Assembly (NCBI GenBank): GCA_963840035.1
Contig: CAWIXE010000002.1
Coordinates: 64,001 to 128,000, forward strand
Length of the DNA: 64,000 bases
DNA from: a candidate division FCPU426 bacterium
GTDB taxonomy: Bacteria > Oederibacteriota > PGYV01 > Palsa-1178
Direction of reading: 5' to 3'
The notes below the pieces were generated by a model. The model saw only the letters and a program-made list of their open reading frames with translations, had not been told where the DNA came from and ran no database searches. Positions 41,470 to 52,336 of this stretch are shown piece after piece. Numbering within the stretch: position 1 is the first letter of the stretch; each line of letters starts with the position of its first letter. The translations under genes were made by a program, and so were the position numbers.

Positions 41470-42453
41470 ATGAAAAAATACCTGAAATTAATAGATGCTT
41501 TTAAAGGCAAGAAAGTACTTGTCCTTGGAGATTTTATCCTTGATGAATATGTTTACGGCGAGACAGAGCGTATTTCAAGGGAAGCGCCTGTTTTAATCCT
41601 TAAATACAACAAATCAACCTATTTGGCCGGAGGCGGGGCAAACCCTGTAATGAACATTGTTGATTTGGGCGGCGTGCCTGTGCCTGTATCAGCGGCCGGA
41701 ACAGAGGAATATTCTGACATACTCATAGATATGATGTCAAAAAAGGGCGTGGACACTTCTTTTATAACGCGTTCCGATAAATACTCCATACCGGTAAAGA
41801 CCAGGGTCATGGCGGGATCGGTCCACACTGTTAAGCAGCAGATAGTCAGGATAGACAGGTATAATGAGGGGAAACTTGAAGCTGACATTGAGAAGGACAT
41901 GATAAATAACTTAAACGAGGCGTCAAAAGGCATAGACGTTATCCTGGTCTCCGATTACGGAAGCGGCCTTATAACGGAGAAAATCATAAAGGCGGTAAAC
42001 GCCCTTGCAAAAGCCGGCAAAAAGGTTGTTGTTGATTCGCGTTACGGCCTGAAGAAGTTCAAGTACGTGGCTACTGCTACGCCGAACGAAACAGAAGCAG
42101 GCCCGGCCGTGGATTATGAGAAATATGAAGAGGAAGACGTTGAGTACATAGTAAAGCAGCTGGGAAAGATGATGAAATCCACAGGCATGATAGTAACCCG
42201 CGGCAGCCGCGGCATGATAGTCCTGGAAAAAAAGAAGGTTCACAAGGTGGCGCCTTTTGGTTCGGACGAAATAGTGGATGTTTCAGGGGCCGGCGATACC
42301 GTATCATCAATAGTGTCGTTATCGCTGGCATGCAAAAGCACCCTTGTTGACGCGGCTTACCTGGCCAATATCGGCGGAGGCCTTGTGGTCATGAAAAGAG
42401 GCGTGGCTACAGTGACGGTTGCTGAGCTTAAAGGAGCGCTTAAAAATGTCTAA
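41470..42453 (+). CDS. Heptose-7-phosphate kinase (RfaE/HldE domain I), copy 1
   Basis: GDFILDEY..G...RISREAPV, GGGAN, DVSGAGDTV. Confidence 0.88.
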   Translation: MKKYLKLIDAFKGKKVLVLGDFILDEYVYGETERISREAPVLILKYNKSTYLAGGGANPVMNIVDLGGVPVPVSAAGTEEYSDILIDMMSKKGVDTSFITRSDKYSIPVKTRVMAGSVHTVKQQIVRIDRYNEGKLEADIEKDMINNLNEASKGIDVILVSDYGSGLITEKIIKAVNALAKAGKKVVVDSRYGLKKFKYVATATPNETEAGPAVDYEKYEEEDVEYIVKQLGKMMKSTGMIVTRGSRGMIVLEKKKVHKVAPFGSDEIVDVSGAGDTVSSIVSLSLACKSTLVDAAYLANIGGGLVVMKRGVATVTVAELKGALKNV

Positions 42454-42922
42454 AATAAAAAAAAGGGAAGACCTCGCGAAAATAGTGGCGAAGCTTAAGA
42501 AACAGGGAAAGAAAGTGGCGTTTGCCAACGGCTGTTTTGACATCCTGCACGTGGGCCACATCAGGTTCCTCAGGGCTGCTAAAGCAAAAGGCGACATATT
42601 GGTCCTGGGTCTGAACTCGGATTCATCCGTCAGGAAACTCAAAGGCGAAGGCAGGCCCCTTGTAAACCAGCGCGAGCGCGCTGAGATAATGGACGCCTTT
42701 GATTTTGTCGATTACATAGTAATATTTAACGAACTCACGGTTGATAAGACCCTGCAGACATTGCTCCCAACATACCACTGCAAGGGTACTGATTATACGG
42801 TCGATACGGTTCCTGAGAAGGAAATGGCGAAGAAGTTCGGGATTAAGATAGCGATAGTGGGAGACCCGAAGGGTCATTCAACGAAGGATATTATAAAGAC
42901 GATAGTGGAGAAATACAAATAA
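42446..42922 (+). CDS. Heptose-1-phosphate adenylyltransferase (RfaE domain II), copy 1
   Basis: NGCFDILHVGH, GLNSDSSVR.LKG..RP, KGTDY. Confidence 0.88.
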   Translation: MSKIKKREDLAKIVAKLKKQGKKVAFANGCFDILHVGHIRFLRAAKAKGDILVLGLNSDSSVRKLKGEGRPLVNQRERAEIMDAFDFVDYIVIFNELTVDKTLQTLLPTYHCKGTDYTVDTVPEKEMAKKFGIKIAIVGDPKGHSTKDIIKTIVEKYK

Positions 42923-42923
42923 T

Positions 42924-42994
42924 AGCCCAGAGCCCAAAGCCCATAGCACAGGTGGTATGTTTTCCCTTGAGCTTTGGGCTCTGAGCTCTGGGCT
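42924..42994. repeat. Inverted pair of heptamer arrays (AGCCCAR-type)
   Basis: agcccag agcccaa agcccat agcacag ... ttgagct ttgggct ctgagct ctgggct. Confidence 0.85.
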
Positions 42995-43009
42995 CAAACC
43001 CGGGGTATT

Positions 43010-43975
43010 ATGAACAAGATTCTCATCTCAAGAACAGACGGCATCGGCGACCTTCTTTTAACAACCCCGTTAATACGCGAATTAAAACTTAAATACCCGT
43101 CTGCCCACATCTCTGCGCTTGTCAGCGGGTATGCCGCTCCGTTACTTGAGAATAACCCTAATGTTAACGAGGTCATCATATATGACGAGAAGAGCAAACC
43201 TGAACTTATTAAAAAACTAAAAAACGACAAATACGACGCGGTTATAGCCGTATATCCCAGGCCGGCGCTTGCGTGGATATTTTTTCTCGCCGGCATACCC
43301 AAAAGATTTGGTACTGCTTCGCGGTGGTATTCCTTCCTATATAATAACGGCGTAAAGATCAGCAGGAAGTCCTCTGAAAAGCATGAGGCAATGTATAACA
43401 TGATGCTTGCGGACAGCTTAATCGGCGAAAAGGAACCTGTTAAAGCGGATTATTTCACAACTCCTGAGGAAATAAAAAAGGCAAAAGCCTACGTAAGGTC
43501 AAAGAAACTCAAGAAATTCGTGACCGTGTATCCCGGCGGCAACGGCTCGGCAGCAAACCTACCGCCGGCGAAATATACGGAAATAATAAACAGTTTTATT
43601 GAAAAATCAGGAATGAACGTATTGATAGCCAGCGGCAAGTGGGAGCAGGGGCTCTGCGAGGAAGTTTACGCCGGTGTTAAGGAGAAAAGCGGGGTTGCCG
43701 TTATGACGGAGCTTTTAACAATCAGGGAACTTGCCGCTGTGATATCGCTTTCAGAGGCTTTCTTAAGCGGCAGCACAGGGCCCATGCACATCGCGGCAGC
43801 GCTGGGAGTCAAGACTCTGGCATTGTTCCCGTTGTCCGGCGTTGTGCCTTCCAGATGGGGCCCGCTGGGGAATGAAGTGCTCATATTAAGGCCCGGGCAG
43901 GGAAGCCACATGGATGACATGAATACCCAGGAAATAGCTGAAAAATTAAATGAATTTACAGCGGGGCAAAAATGA
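43010..43975 (+). CDS. GT9 heptosyltransferase family
   Basis: DGIGDLLLTTP, STGPMHIAAALG, RWGP. Confidence 0.88.
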   Translation: MNKILISRTDGIGDLLLTTPLIRELKLKYPSAHISALVSGYAAPLLENNPNVNEVIIYDEKSKPELIKKLKNDKYDAVIAVYPRPALAWIFFLAGIPKRFGTASRWYSFLYNNGVKISRKSSEKHEAMYNMMLADSLIGEKEPVKADYFTTPEEIKKAKAYVRSKKLKKFVTVYPGGNGSAANLPPAKYTEIINSFIEKSGMNVLIASGKWEQGLCEEVYAGVKEKSGVAVMTELLTIRELAAVISLSEAFLSGSTGPMHIAAALGVKTLALFPLSGVVPSRWGPLGNEVLILRPGQGSHMDDMNTQEIAEKLNEFTAGQK

Positions 43976-45027
43976 AAAAAATGCTTGTCCTGGCAATGAG
44001 CCTTGTTCTTACATCCTGCGCCACTACAATGCCCAACAAAGTATCCGTGGTAAATGTTGAAAAGGATGAACAGGCAATGCGGAGCGCCGCGGATAAGATC
44101 GTTGAAAAAAAAGCGGTGGAAGAAGTAAAGGCCAGGGAATACATAGTAAAAAAGGCAGATACGCTCTGGACAATCTCGAAGGCGTTATGCGGCAAAGGTT
44201 CCTACTGGAAGCTGCTGGCGGATTCAAATAACATGAAGGAACCATACGCGCTTAAGGAAAATATGGTGCTAAACATTGAGAACGCCTGCCCCGGGACGGC
44301 AACCGGGACAGCTGCAGGTAAAAATTCCGGAAAGTTCGCATACCGTACCGTGCCAAATAAAGCGTTTGGCGTCGGCGAAAAACTGACTTTCGCGGTAAAG
44401 TATTTCGGCGTGACCGCGGGAATAGGCATACTTGAGGTCAAGGATTTTGAAGAAATAAACGGCAGGAAAGTTTATCATATAGACGCCACAGCCAGGACAG
44501 CGCCTTTTTTTGAAACGATGTACAGGGTAAAGGATGTAATTTCATCTTATGTGGACGTCATGGGGCTGTTTTCATGGAAATACACCAAACACCTGGAAGA
44601 GGGCGGCTACAGGAACGACACCATAATGTCCTTTGACCACGAGAAAAAATTCGCCGAAAAGAACAACGGGCAGAGGTGCGAAATAGTGCCTTTTATACAA
44701 GATGTGCTTTCGGAGTTTTATTACTTCAGGTCGGTCTACAAGGGTGACGAAGAAACCAAAATCGACGTGGCGTCAGATGAATGCAAATCATATCAGATAG
44801 TGGTAAAGAAGCTCAGGACTGAAAAAATTACGGTGGACGCGGGTACTTTTGACTGTGTGGTGGTGCAGCCGTTCCTTAAATACGAAGGCATATTCAGGCA
44901 AAAAGGCGATGTCTGGATATGGATGACAAACGACAAAAATATGATACCGGTGCTGGTTAAAAGCCAGATAGCGATAGGGACGATAGACGCTGTGCTGCAG
45001 GACGCTGTGGTGGTGAAAGCGGAATGA
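43972..45027 (+). CDS. Lipoprotein with LysM domain and DUF3108-like C-terminal domain
   Basis: LTSC lipobox; YIVKKADTLW.IS...G....W..L; F.VGEKL.F.V.Y, IWMTND...IPV. Confidence 0.75.
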   Translation: MKKMLVLAMSLVLTSCATTMPNKVSVVNVEKDEQAMRSAADKIVEKKAVEEVKAREYIVKKADTLWTISKALCGKGSYWKLLADSNNMKEPYALKENMVLNIENACPGTATGTAAGKNSGKFAYRTVPNKAFGVGEKLTFAVKYFGVTAGIGILEVKDFEEINGRKVYHIDATARTAPFFETMYRVKDVISSYVDVMGLFSWKYTKHLEEGGYRNDTIMSFDHEKKFAEKNNGQRCEIVPFIQDVLSEFYYFRSVYKGDEETKIDVASDECKSYQIVVKKLRTEKITVDAGTFDCVVVQPFLKYEGIFRQKGDVWIWMTNDKNMIPVLVKSQIAIGTIDAVLQDAVVVKAE

Positions 45028-45031
45028 AGGC

Positions 45032-45101
45032 AGGGTAGAGGGTGGAGGGTAGGGTTCGAAGTTAATGTTGAACTTCGAATTTCGAACTCCGAACACCGAA
45101 C
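45032..45101. repeat. Two adjacent heptamer arrays of different unit sequence
   Basis: agggtag agggtgg agggtag; then ttcgaat ttcgaac tccgaac accgaac. Confidence 0.7.
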
Positions 45102-45111
45102 TGTTTTTTGG

Positions 45112-45141
45112 TTGACTTCCAACCACCATTCCTATTATAAT
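45112..45141 (+). promoter_or_regulatory. Probable sigma70 promoter of gmhA
   Basis: TTGACT-18 nt-TATAAT. Confidence 0.55.
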
Positions 45142-45169
45142 TATACATCCTAAGACTTAAGGAGCTGTT

Positions 45170-45748
45170 ATGGCTGATTATTTTGGAAGATCAATACAGG
45201 AAAGCGTTGTTGTTAAGCAAAAAAGCTACAAGGCCTTAAAGTCTAAACTTCTCTCTGTAGTCGACACCCTTTGCACAACATTGCAATCAGGCAATAAAAT
45301 ACTTCTGTTCGGAAACGGCGGTTCGGCTGCCGACGCGCAGCATATTGCTGCCGAGTTCGTGGTGCGCCTTAAGATGGAGCGCCGCGGTTACCCGGCAATC
45401 GCTTTGACCACGGACACATCCATACTTACTTCCTGCGGCAATGACTATGGTTTTGACCATGTTTATGAAAGGCAGGTTGAGGCTTTGGGGTGCGCAGGGG
45501 ACGCGGCAATGGCCATATCAACTTCCGGCAATTCGAAGAACGTTATACTTGCCATAAATGAAGCAAGGAAAAAGGGCATGACAATCATCGGGTTTACCGG
45601 AATGGGCGGCGGCAAAATGGCGAAACTTTGCGATATACTTATAGACATAAAATCAAAGAACACCATGAGGATACAGGAGACGCACATAACATTTTTCCAC
45701 ATTATCTGCGACCTGGCTGAAAGAAGACTCGCGGGGGAGAAAATTTGA
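45170..45748 (+). CDS. gmhA: Phosphoheptose isomerase
   Basis: GNGGSAADAQH.AAE, NDYG, STSGNS.N, RIQE.H. Confidence 0.94.
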   Translation: MADYFGRSIQESVVVKQKSYKALKSKLLSVVDTLCTTLQSGNKILLFGNGGSAADAQHIAAEFVVRLKMERRGYPAIALTTDTSILTSCGNDYGFDHVYERQVEALGCAGDAAMAISTSGNSKNVILAINEARKKGMTIIGFTGMGGGKMAKLCDILIDIKSKNTMRIQETHITFFHIICDLAERRLAGEKI

Positions 45749-46725
45749 AGAACATAAGCAAGGCTGTCTTAAAAAAGGCCATAAAAAAATTCAGAAATAA
45801 AAGGATACTGGTTGTCGGAGACCTCATGCTTGACAGCTATGTATGGGGCACGGTATCGCGTATTTCTCCGGAAGCGCCCATACCGGTTGTTGATGTAAAT
45901 AAGGAAGAGTCAAAACCCGGTGGCGCGGCAAATGTGATTTTGAACCTCCTCTCCCTTGGCGCAAAAGTATTCGCGGCAGGCATAGTCGGTTCGGACGACG
46001 AGGCTGAAGTGCTCATGTCCAGCCTTAAAAAAGACGGTGTTAATACTTCGGCTGTGCTCGTGGATAAAAAAAGGCCGACTACGGTCAAGACAAGGGTCAT
46101 TGCTCATAACCAGCAGGTGGTCAGGATTGACAGGGAGCATAAGACGGACATAAGCCCGGCAACTGCAAAGGCAATAATCGCCGCGGTAAAAAAGGAACTT
46201 AAAACAATTGACGCCATTATTTTTTCTGACTACGATAAGGGCCTTCTGACAAAGGAACTCGTGGAAGGCATCATGGCCATAGCAAAGGGCAAGATAGTAA
46301 CCGTGGACCCGAAGCCTTCTAATGTGGAGATATTCAGGGACATAACGCTCATATCGCCAAATAAAAAGGAAGCTTCGGAAGCCGCAGGCATGGCCATCAC
46401 AAGCGAGAACGACGTACTTCTAGCCTCAAAAATATTAAAGGACATAACCAACGCGGAAGCCATATTAATCACCCGCGGGGAAGAGGGCATGTCCCTTTAC
46501 ATGAACGACGGCATACATACCATACCGACTATGGCGCGCGAGGTTTTTGACGTAACAGGCGCGGGAGATACGGTCATAAGCGTGGTTACACTGGCGCTTA
46601 CTGCAGGCGCTTCTTTTGAAGAAGCCTGCTCGCTGTCAAACATCGCCGCGGGCGAAGTGGTTGCAGAGGTAGGCGTAGTTACCCTTACACCAAAAGAACT
46701 TGAGGCGGCTGTGGATGGCAAATAG
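45745..46725 (+). CDS. Heptose-7-phosphate kinase (RfaE domain I), copy 2
   Basis: GDLMLD.Y.WG.VSRISPEAP.PV, GGAANV, FDVTGAGDTV. Confidence 0.9.
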   Translation: MKNISKAVLKKAIKKFRNKRILVVGDLMLDSYVWGTVSRISPEAPIPVVDVNKEESKPGGAANVILNLLSLGAKVFAAGIVGSDDEAEVLMSSLKKDGVNTSAVLVDKKRPTTVKTRVIAHNQQVVRIDREHKTDISPATAKAIIAAVKKELKTIDAIIFSDYDKGLLTKELVEGIMAIAKGKIVTVDPKPSNVEIFRDITLISPNKKEASEAAGMAITSENDVLLASKILKDITNAEAILITRGEEGMSLYMNDGIHTIPTMAREVFDVTGAGDTVISVVTLALTAGASFEEACSLSNIAAGEVVAEVGVVTLTPKELEAAVDGK

Positions 46726-47203
46726 CCCGAAAATAATATTTGACAGGAAGAAACTTGTTTCCGCGGTTAAGAAACTTAAAAAATCCGGCAAAAAAGTCGT
46801 CTTTACGAACGGCTGTTATGACCTGCTTCACGTCGGCCATGTAAGGTTCTTAAAGGCGGCCAGGAAGTTAGGCGGCGCGCTGGTGCTTGCGTTAAACAGC
46901 GACGCTTCAGTGCGCAGGATAAAGGGCCCCAAAAGGCCGGTTACGCCCGAGAATGAAAGGGCAGAGGTAATGTCAGCGCTTTCCTGCGTTGATCTTATCA
47001 CGCTTTTTCACGAGGACGACCCGTTTAACATAATAAAAGATGTAGTTCCTGACGTGCTCGTAAAAGGCGGGGACTGGTCCCTTGATAAAATAATAGGCGC
47101 GGACATAGTAAAAGCCGCGGGCGGAAAAGTGAAGAACGTGCCGTATATAAAAGGAAAGAGCACGACGAACATAATAGCGAATGTGATAAAGTACTATAAA
47201 TAG
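46715..47203 (+). CDS. Heptose-1-phosphate adenylyltransferase (RfaE domain II), copy 2
   Basis: FTNGCYDLLHVGH, NSDASVR, PDVLVKGGDW, STT.II. Confidence 0.9.
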   Translation: MANSPKIIFDRKKLVSAVKKLKKSGKKVVFTNGCYDLLHVGHVRFLKAARKLGGALVLALNSDASVRRIKGPKRPVTPENERAEVMSALSCVDLITLFHEDDPFNIIKDVVPDVLVKGGDWSLDKIIGADIVKAAGGKVKNVPYIKGKSTTNIIANVIKYYK

Positions 47204-47250
47204 CCCAAAGCTCAAAGCCCAAGGTACGACTTGGGCTTTGGGCTCTGGGC
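47202..47250. repeat. Inverted pair of heptamer arrays (AGCCCAA-type)
   Basis: agcccaa agctcaa agcccaa ... ttgggct ttgggct ctgggc. Confidence 0.85.
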
Positions 47251-47269
47251 CATGTTCCCAAGGAGCCTT

Positions 47270-48002
47270 ATGAACATCATCGGCGTTATCCCGGCGCGGC
47301 TAAAGTCAACCCGCCTTCCGGGGAAGATGCTTTTAAAGATAAACGGAAAGACCCTAATAGAGATGGTTTACGCGAACGCGAAAAAAGCTTCCTGTTTACG
47401 GGAGCTTTATGTCGCCACTGACAACAAGCAGATAAAGGAAGTCATAGAAAAAGCAGGCGGCAAGGCGATAATGACGCCTGCCTCGTGCAAGTCAGGGACT
47501 GAGCGCATCAGGGAAGCATTAAAGTCCATACACGCGAACATGAACGACATAGTGGTAAACATTCAGGGTGACGAGCCGCTTTTGGAGCCGGAACTCATTG
47601 ACAAAGCGGTTAAAGCGCTTATTAACGATAAGACATGCGACGCGTCGACGATTGCCGCGCCGCTCCATGAAATAAAAGAAATAGCAGACCCGTCCGTGGT
47701 GAAAGTCGTCACGGACCGCTCCGGTAACGCGTTGTATTTTTCAAGGTCAATAATTCCGCACAACAGGGATGGAGTGAAAACAGGCAATGGCGCCTGGCTT
47801 AAACACATCGGCCTTTACGCTTACAGGAAAAGCGTCCTCGACAGGTGGCTCAAACTCGAAAGCAATTACGAAGGGATCGAGAAGCTTGAGCAGTTAAGGA
47901 TGCTGGAAAACGGGTGCAGGATCAGGGTTGTGGTAGCAAAGAGCAAAAGCATAGGGATAGATACGCGCAGGGATTTTGAAAGGCTTAAGAAAACATTAAA
48001 AT

Positions 48003-48004
<2 letters not shown>
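47270..48004 (+). CDS. kdsB: CMP-Kdo synthetase
   Basis: IPAR..STRLPGK, SGTER, NIQGDEP, LYFSR, HIGLYAY, EKLEQLR. Confidence 0.95.
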
Positions 48005-49733
<1,729 letters not shown>

Positions 49734-49967
49734 ATGGCGGATACAGGCAAGACAGACAGGGAAATGCAGGAGGACCTTTTAAAGTTCGCCCAGACAAAGT
49801 ACCTGGACGCGCAGCAGAAGTATAACGCCATACAGGCGCTGGCGAAAAAGTATAATATGCCGCTGGAGCAGATGATAAAAAAAATTATAATGGAGTGGAT
49901 GATTGAAGACAAAACGCAGAAGTTCACAAACGCAGGAAAAAAAGCCCCTTTCAAAAAGATACTCTGA
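49734..49967 (+). CDS. Small hypothetical helical protein between pyrG and kdsA
   Basis: ATG directly after the pyrG stop; host-like codon usage; overlaps the kdsA 5' end. Confidence 0.5.
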   Translation: MADTGKTDREMQEDLLKFAQTKYLDAQQKYNAIQALAKKYNMPLEQMIKKIIMEWMIEDKTQKFTNAGKKAPFKKIL

Positions 49968-50757
49968 GATAACCGGAAGCGGCCTTTTCCTCATAGCCGG
50001 CCCGTGCGTTATTGAGAGCGAAAAGATGGCGTACGGCATAGCCGAAGCCCTCGGCGAGATCACCTCAAACCTGGGCATTCCCTTCATTTTCAAAGCATCC
50101 TATGACAAGGCAAACCGCACTTCCATAAAAAGCTTCAGGGGAGTGGGTATTGATAAGGGCTTAAAGATATTATCAGGCATAAGGAAAGCATACGGCATTC
50201 CGGTACTGACGGATGTCCACAGCCCCGAAGAAGTTAAAAAAGCCGCGCAGAATGTCGATGTGCTCCAGATACCGGCGTTTCTTTGCAGGCAGACTGACCT
50301 GATAGTCGCCGCGGCGAAGTCAGGCGCGATAGTGAACATTAAAAAAGGGCAGTTCCTCTCGCCCCAGGAAATGGGAAACATAATTAAAAAAGCAGAAGGC
50401 GCCGGAAATAAAAACCTCATGCTAACCGAAAGAGGATTTACTTTCGGCTACAATAATCTCGTTGTAGACCTAAAATCAATAGCCCACATGAAAACCCTAG
50501 GATACCCCGTTATCATAGACGCCACGCACGCGGTTCAAAGACCCGGCGGAGCCGGAGACAAAAGCGCCGGCGAAAGGCAGTACGTCGAAGCCATAGCCAA
50601 AGGCTGCGTAGCAGCCGGAGCAAACGGAGTCTTCATGGAAGTCCACCCCAACCCGGAAAAAGCCCTCTCAGACAGGGACACGCAGTACAGCCTGGATAAA
50701 ATCGAGGAACTGCTCGGAACGCTGTTGGATGTGTATAAGGCGGTAAATAAGGTTTGA
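49903..50757 (+). CDS. kdsA: Kdo-8-phosphate synthase
   Basis: IAGPCVIES, KASYDKANRTS, QIPAFLCRQT, KKGQF, DATH. Confidence 0.95.
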   Translation: MKTKRRSSQTQEKKPLSKRYSEITGSGLFLIAGPCVIESEKMAYGIAEALGEITSNLGIPFIFKASYDKANRTSIKSFRGVGIDKGLKILSGIRKAYGIPVLTDVHSPEEVKKAAQNVDVLQIPAFLCRQTDLIVAAAKSGAIVNIKKGQFLSPQEMGNIIKKAEGAGNKNLMLTERGFTFGYNNLVVDLKSIAHMKTLGYPVIIDATHAVQRPGGAGDKSAGERQYVEAIAKGCVAAGANGVFMEVHPNPEKALSDRDTQYSLDKIEELLGTLLDVYKAVNKV

Positions 50758-50763
50758 TTTTTT

Positions 50764-50872
50764 GTAGTCGCAGGCCTACGATCCACCGGCCTGCGCCTAG
50801 ATTAGGTATTGAAGCACGCCAACGGTAGACGCCAATATTCGCACCCCGATGAGACGTAGAGTGTGCGACTAC
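50764..50872. repeat. REPIN 1 (REP-A, conserved spacer, inverted REP-B)
   Basis: gtagtcgcaggcc...ggcctgcg-cctag...attgaagcacgcc...cgcaccc...gtgcgactac. Confidence 0.9.
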
Positions 50873-50910
50873 GGGAACAATATCAAACAACTAGCGCACG
50901 CCAAGATTTA

Positions 50911-51527
50911 GTAGTCGCAGGCCTACGATCCATCGGCCTGCGCCTAGCCAAGGAATTGAAGCACGCCAACGGTAGATAACAACGCGCAGAATGGAATATG
51001 TTTATAGGGGACAAAAAAATGAAAACTACAAATACTTGTCCGGATTGTGGGGCTGAGATGTATTCGGACACTGTCTGCAAAAAGTGTAATTCCCGTATTA
51101 AAAATCATGAAGGTAGCGACGCTTTTAATTTTGAAGATATGGAAAAAAATATTGAAAAGCTTGCGGCTGAAAAACGTAATAATGAAAACATTGCCGTTTC
51201 GGGATCTTTTATAAATGAAAAAGAAGTAGATGCGCGTGTTGTATTGTTAAAGGCGTTATCAACGTCATTTGGAGTTTTTATTATTTTTTCTGTGGTTGTT
51301 ACAATGTTGTTTTTATATTTTGCTAATTTAAGGCCTGGAATCAAGGATTACTTTATGCGCGATCAGTTAGCTATTGGCGGTAGCTTTGTTGTTTCGCTGA
51401 TAGATTATTCAGTGATAGCGATTGCGACCTGGAGCGTAGCAGCTATTAGCAGACAAGCATATATAAGGACTGACTGGAAGCAAGAGCCAACGCACGCACC
51501 CCGATGAGGCATAGAGGGTGCGGCTAC
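50911..51527. mobile_element. REPIN 2, expanded, enclosing a cargo gene
   Basis: REP-A plus conserved spacer at 50911-~50978; REP-B at 51495-51527; ~510-bp AT-rich insert between them. Confidence 0.7.
51019..51507 (+). CDS. Zinc-ribbon plus 2-TM hypothetical protein (AT-rich cargo)
   Basis: AGGGG RBS; CPDC...CKKC; two hydrophobic helices; stop codon lies within REP-B. Confidence 0.7.
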   Translation: MKTTNTCPDCGAEMYSDTVCKKCNSRIKNHEGSDAFNFEDMEKNIEKLAAEKRNNENIAVSGSFINEKEVDARVVLLKALSTSFGVFIIFSVVVTMLFLYFANLRPGIKDYFMRDQLAIGGSFVVSLIDYSVIAIATWSVAAISRQAYIRTDWKQEPTHAPR

Positions 51528-51574
51528 GAAAGTACAAGGAATGAAATACAACGCAAAACAAATAGAGGTGTTTT

Positions 51575-52063
51575 GTGGAAAAGAAACACAGGCTTGATGA
51601 ATCTGTTTATATAGGCAAACTGCGCGCAACTTTTACGGTTTGCGTTGAAGACAGGCAGCCGCTGTTTAAAGATAAGGCCGTCGTAAACGTCATGCTGCAA
51701 ATCCTGAAACAAATCTTTGAAAAATATCATTTGCTTAACTGGATTTATACTTTCATGCCGGACCATCTGCATCTGATATTTGAAGGCGTCAAAGATAATT
51801 CAAACCTGCTGAAGGCTATGCATATGTTTAAACAGAAAGCTGGCTATTGGTTGAAGATAAATAAGCCCGGATTTAAACTCCAAAAAGATTTTTATGACCG
51901 CGTTCACCGGCAGGATGTAGTACTGGTTTTACAGATGCTTTATATCGCGGAAAACCCAGTAAGGTCCGGTTTGGTGAAAGAGTGGCAGGAATTTGAAAAT
52001 ACAGGGTCGTTAAGTTTTGATTTAAACGTTGAGATGCAGTCAGCGGATGTTTTAAAGCCGTGA
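51575..52063 (+). CDS. REP-associated tyrosine transposase (RAYT, IS200-like Y1 HUH)
   Basis: MPDHLH (HUH), FKQ, Q.DFYD...R, YIAENPVRSGLV; flanked by GTAG REPs. Confidence 0.9.
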   Translation: MEKKHRLDESVYIGKLRATFTVCVEDRQPLFKDKAVVNVMLQILKQIFEKYHLLNWIYTFMPDHLHLIFEGVKDNSNLLKAMHMFKQKAGYWLKINKPGFKLQKDFYDRVHRQDVVLVLQMLYIAENPVRSGLVKEWQEFENTGSLSFDLNVEMQSADVLKP

Positions 52064-52068
52064 TTTTC

Positions 52069-52184
52069 GTAGTCGCAGGCCTACGATCCACCGGCCTGCG
52101 CCTAGATAAGGAATTGAAGCACGCCACCGATAGAACATAAAATCCAACTGGCGCACCCCGATGAGGCGTAGAGGGTGCGACTAC
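52069..52184. repeat. REPIN 3 (REP-A, spacer, inverted REP-B)
   Basis: Near-identical to 50764-50872 and 41088-41205. Confidence 0.9.
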
Positions 52185-52193
52185 ACAGGAAAA

Positions 52194-52251
52194 ATGAATA
52201 AAAAGACATAAAAACCCTTATAAATAAGGGTTTTTATGTCTTTTTATTCAT
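52194..52251. repeat. Perfect 28-bp inverted repeat (AT-rich, 2-nt spacer)
   Basis: atgaataaaaagacataaaaacccttat-aa-ataagggtttttatgtctttttattcat. Confidence 0.9.
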
Positions 52252-52336
52252 CAAAAACCTGTTTTTCCCAGTTGCCTTATGTCTTTTTATCTGTTATAGT
52301 TTATAGGTATTTAAACCAATAAAACAAGGAGTATTT

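Noticed and set aside
50764..52184. CRISPR array (recurring ~32-bp palindromic repeats)
   Set aside because: Repeats alternate in type and orientation, spacers are conserved rather than unique, no cas genes are present, and a RAYT is adjacent.
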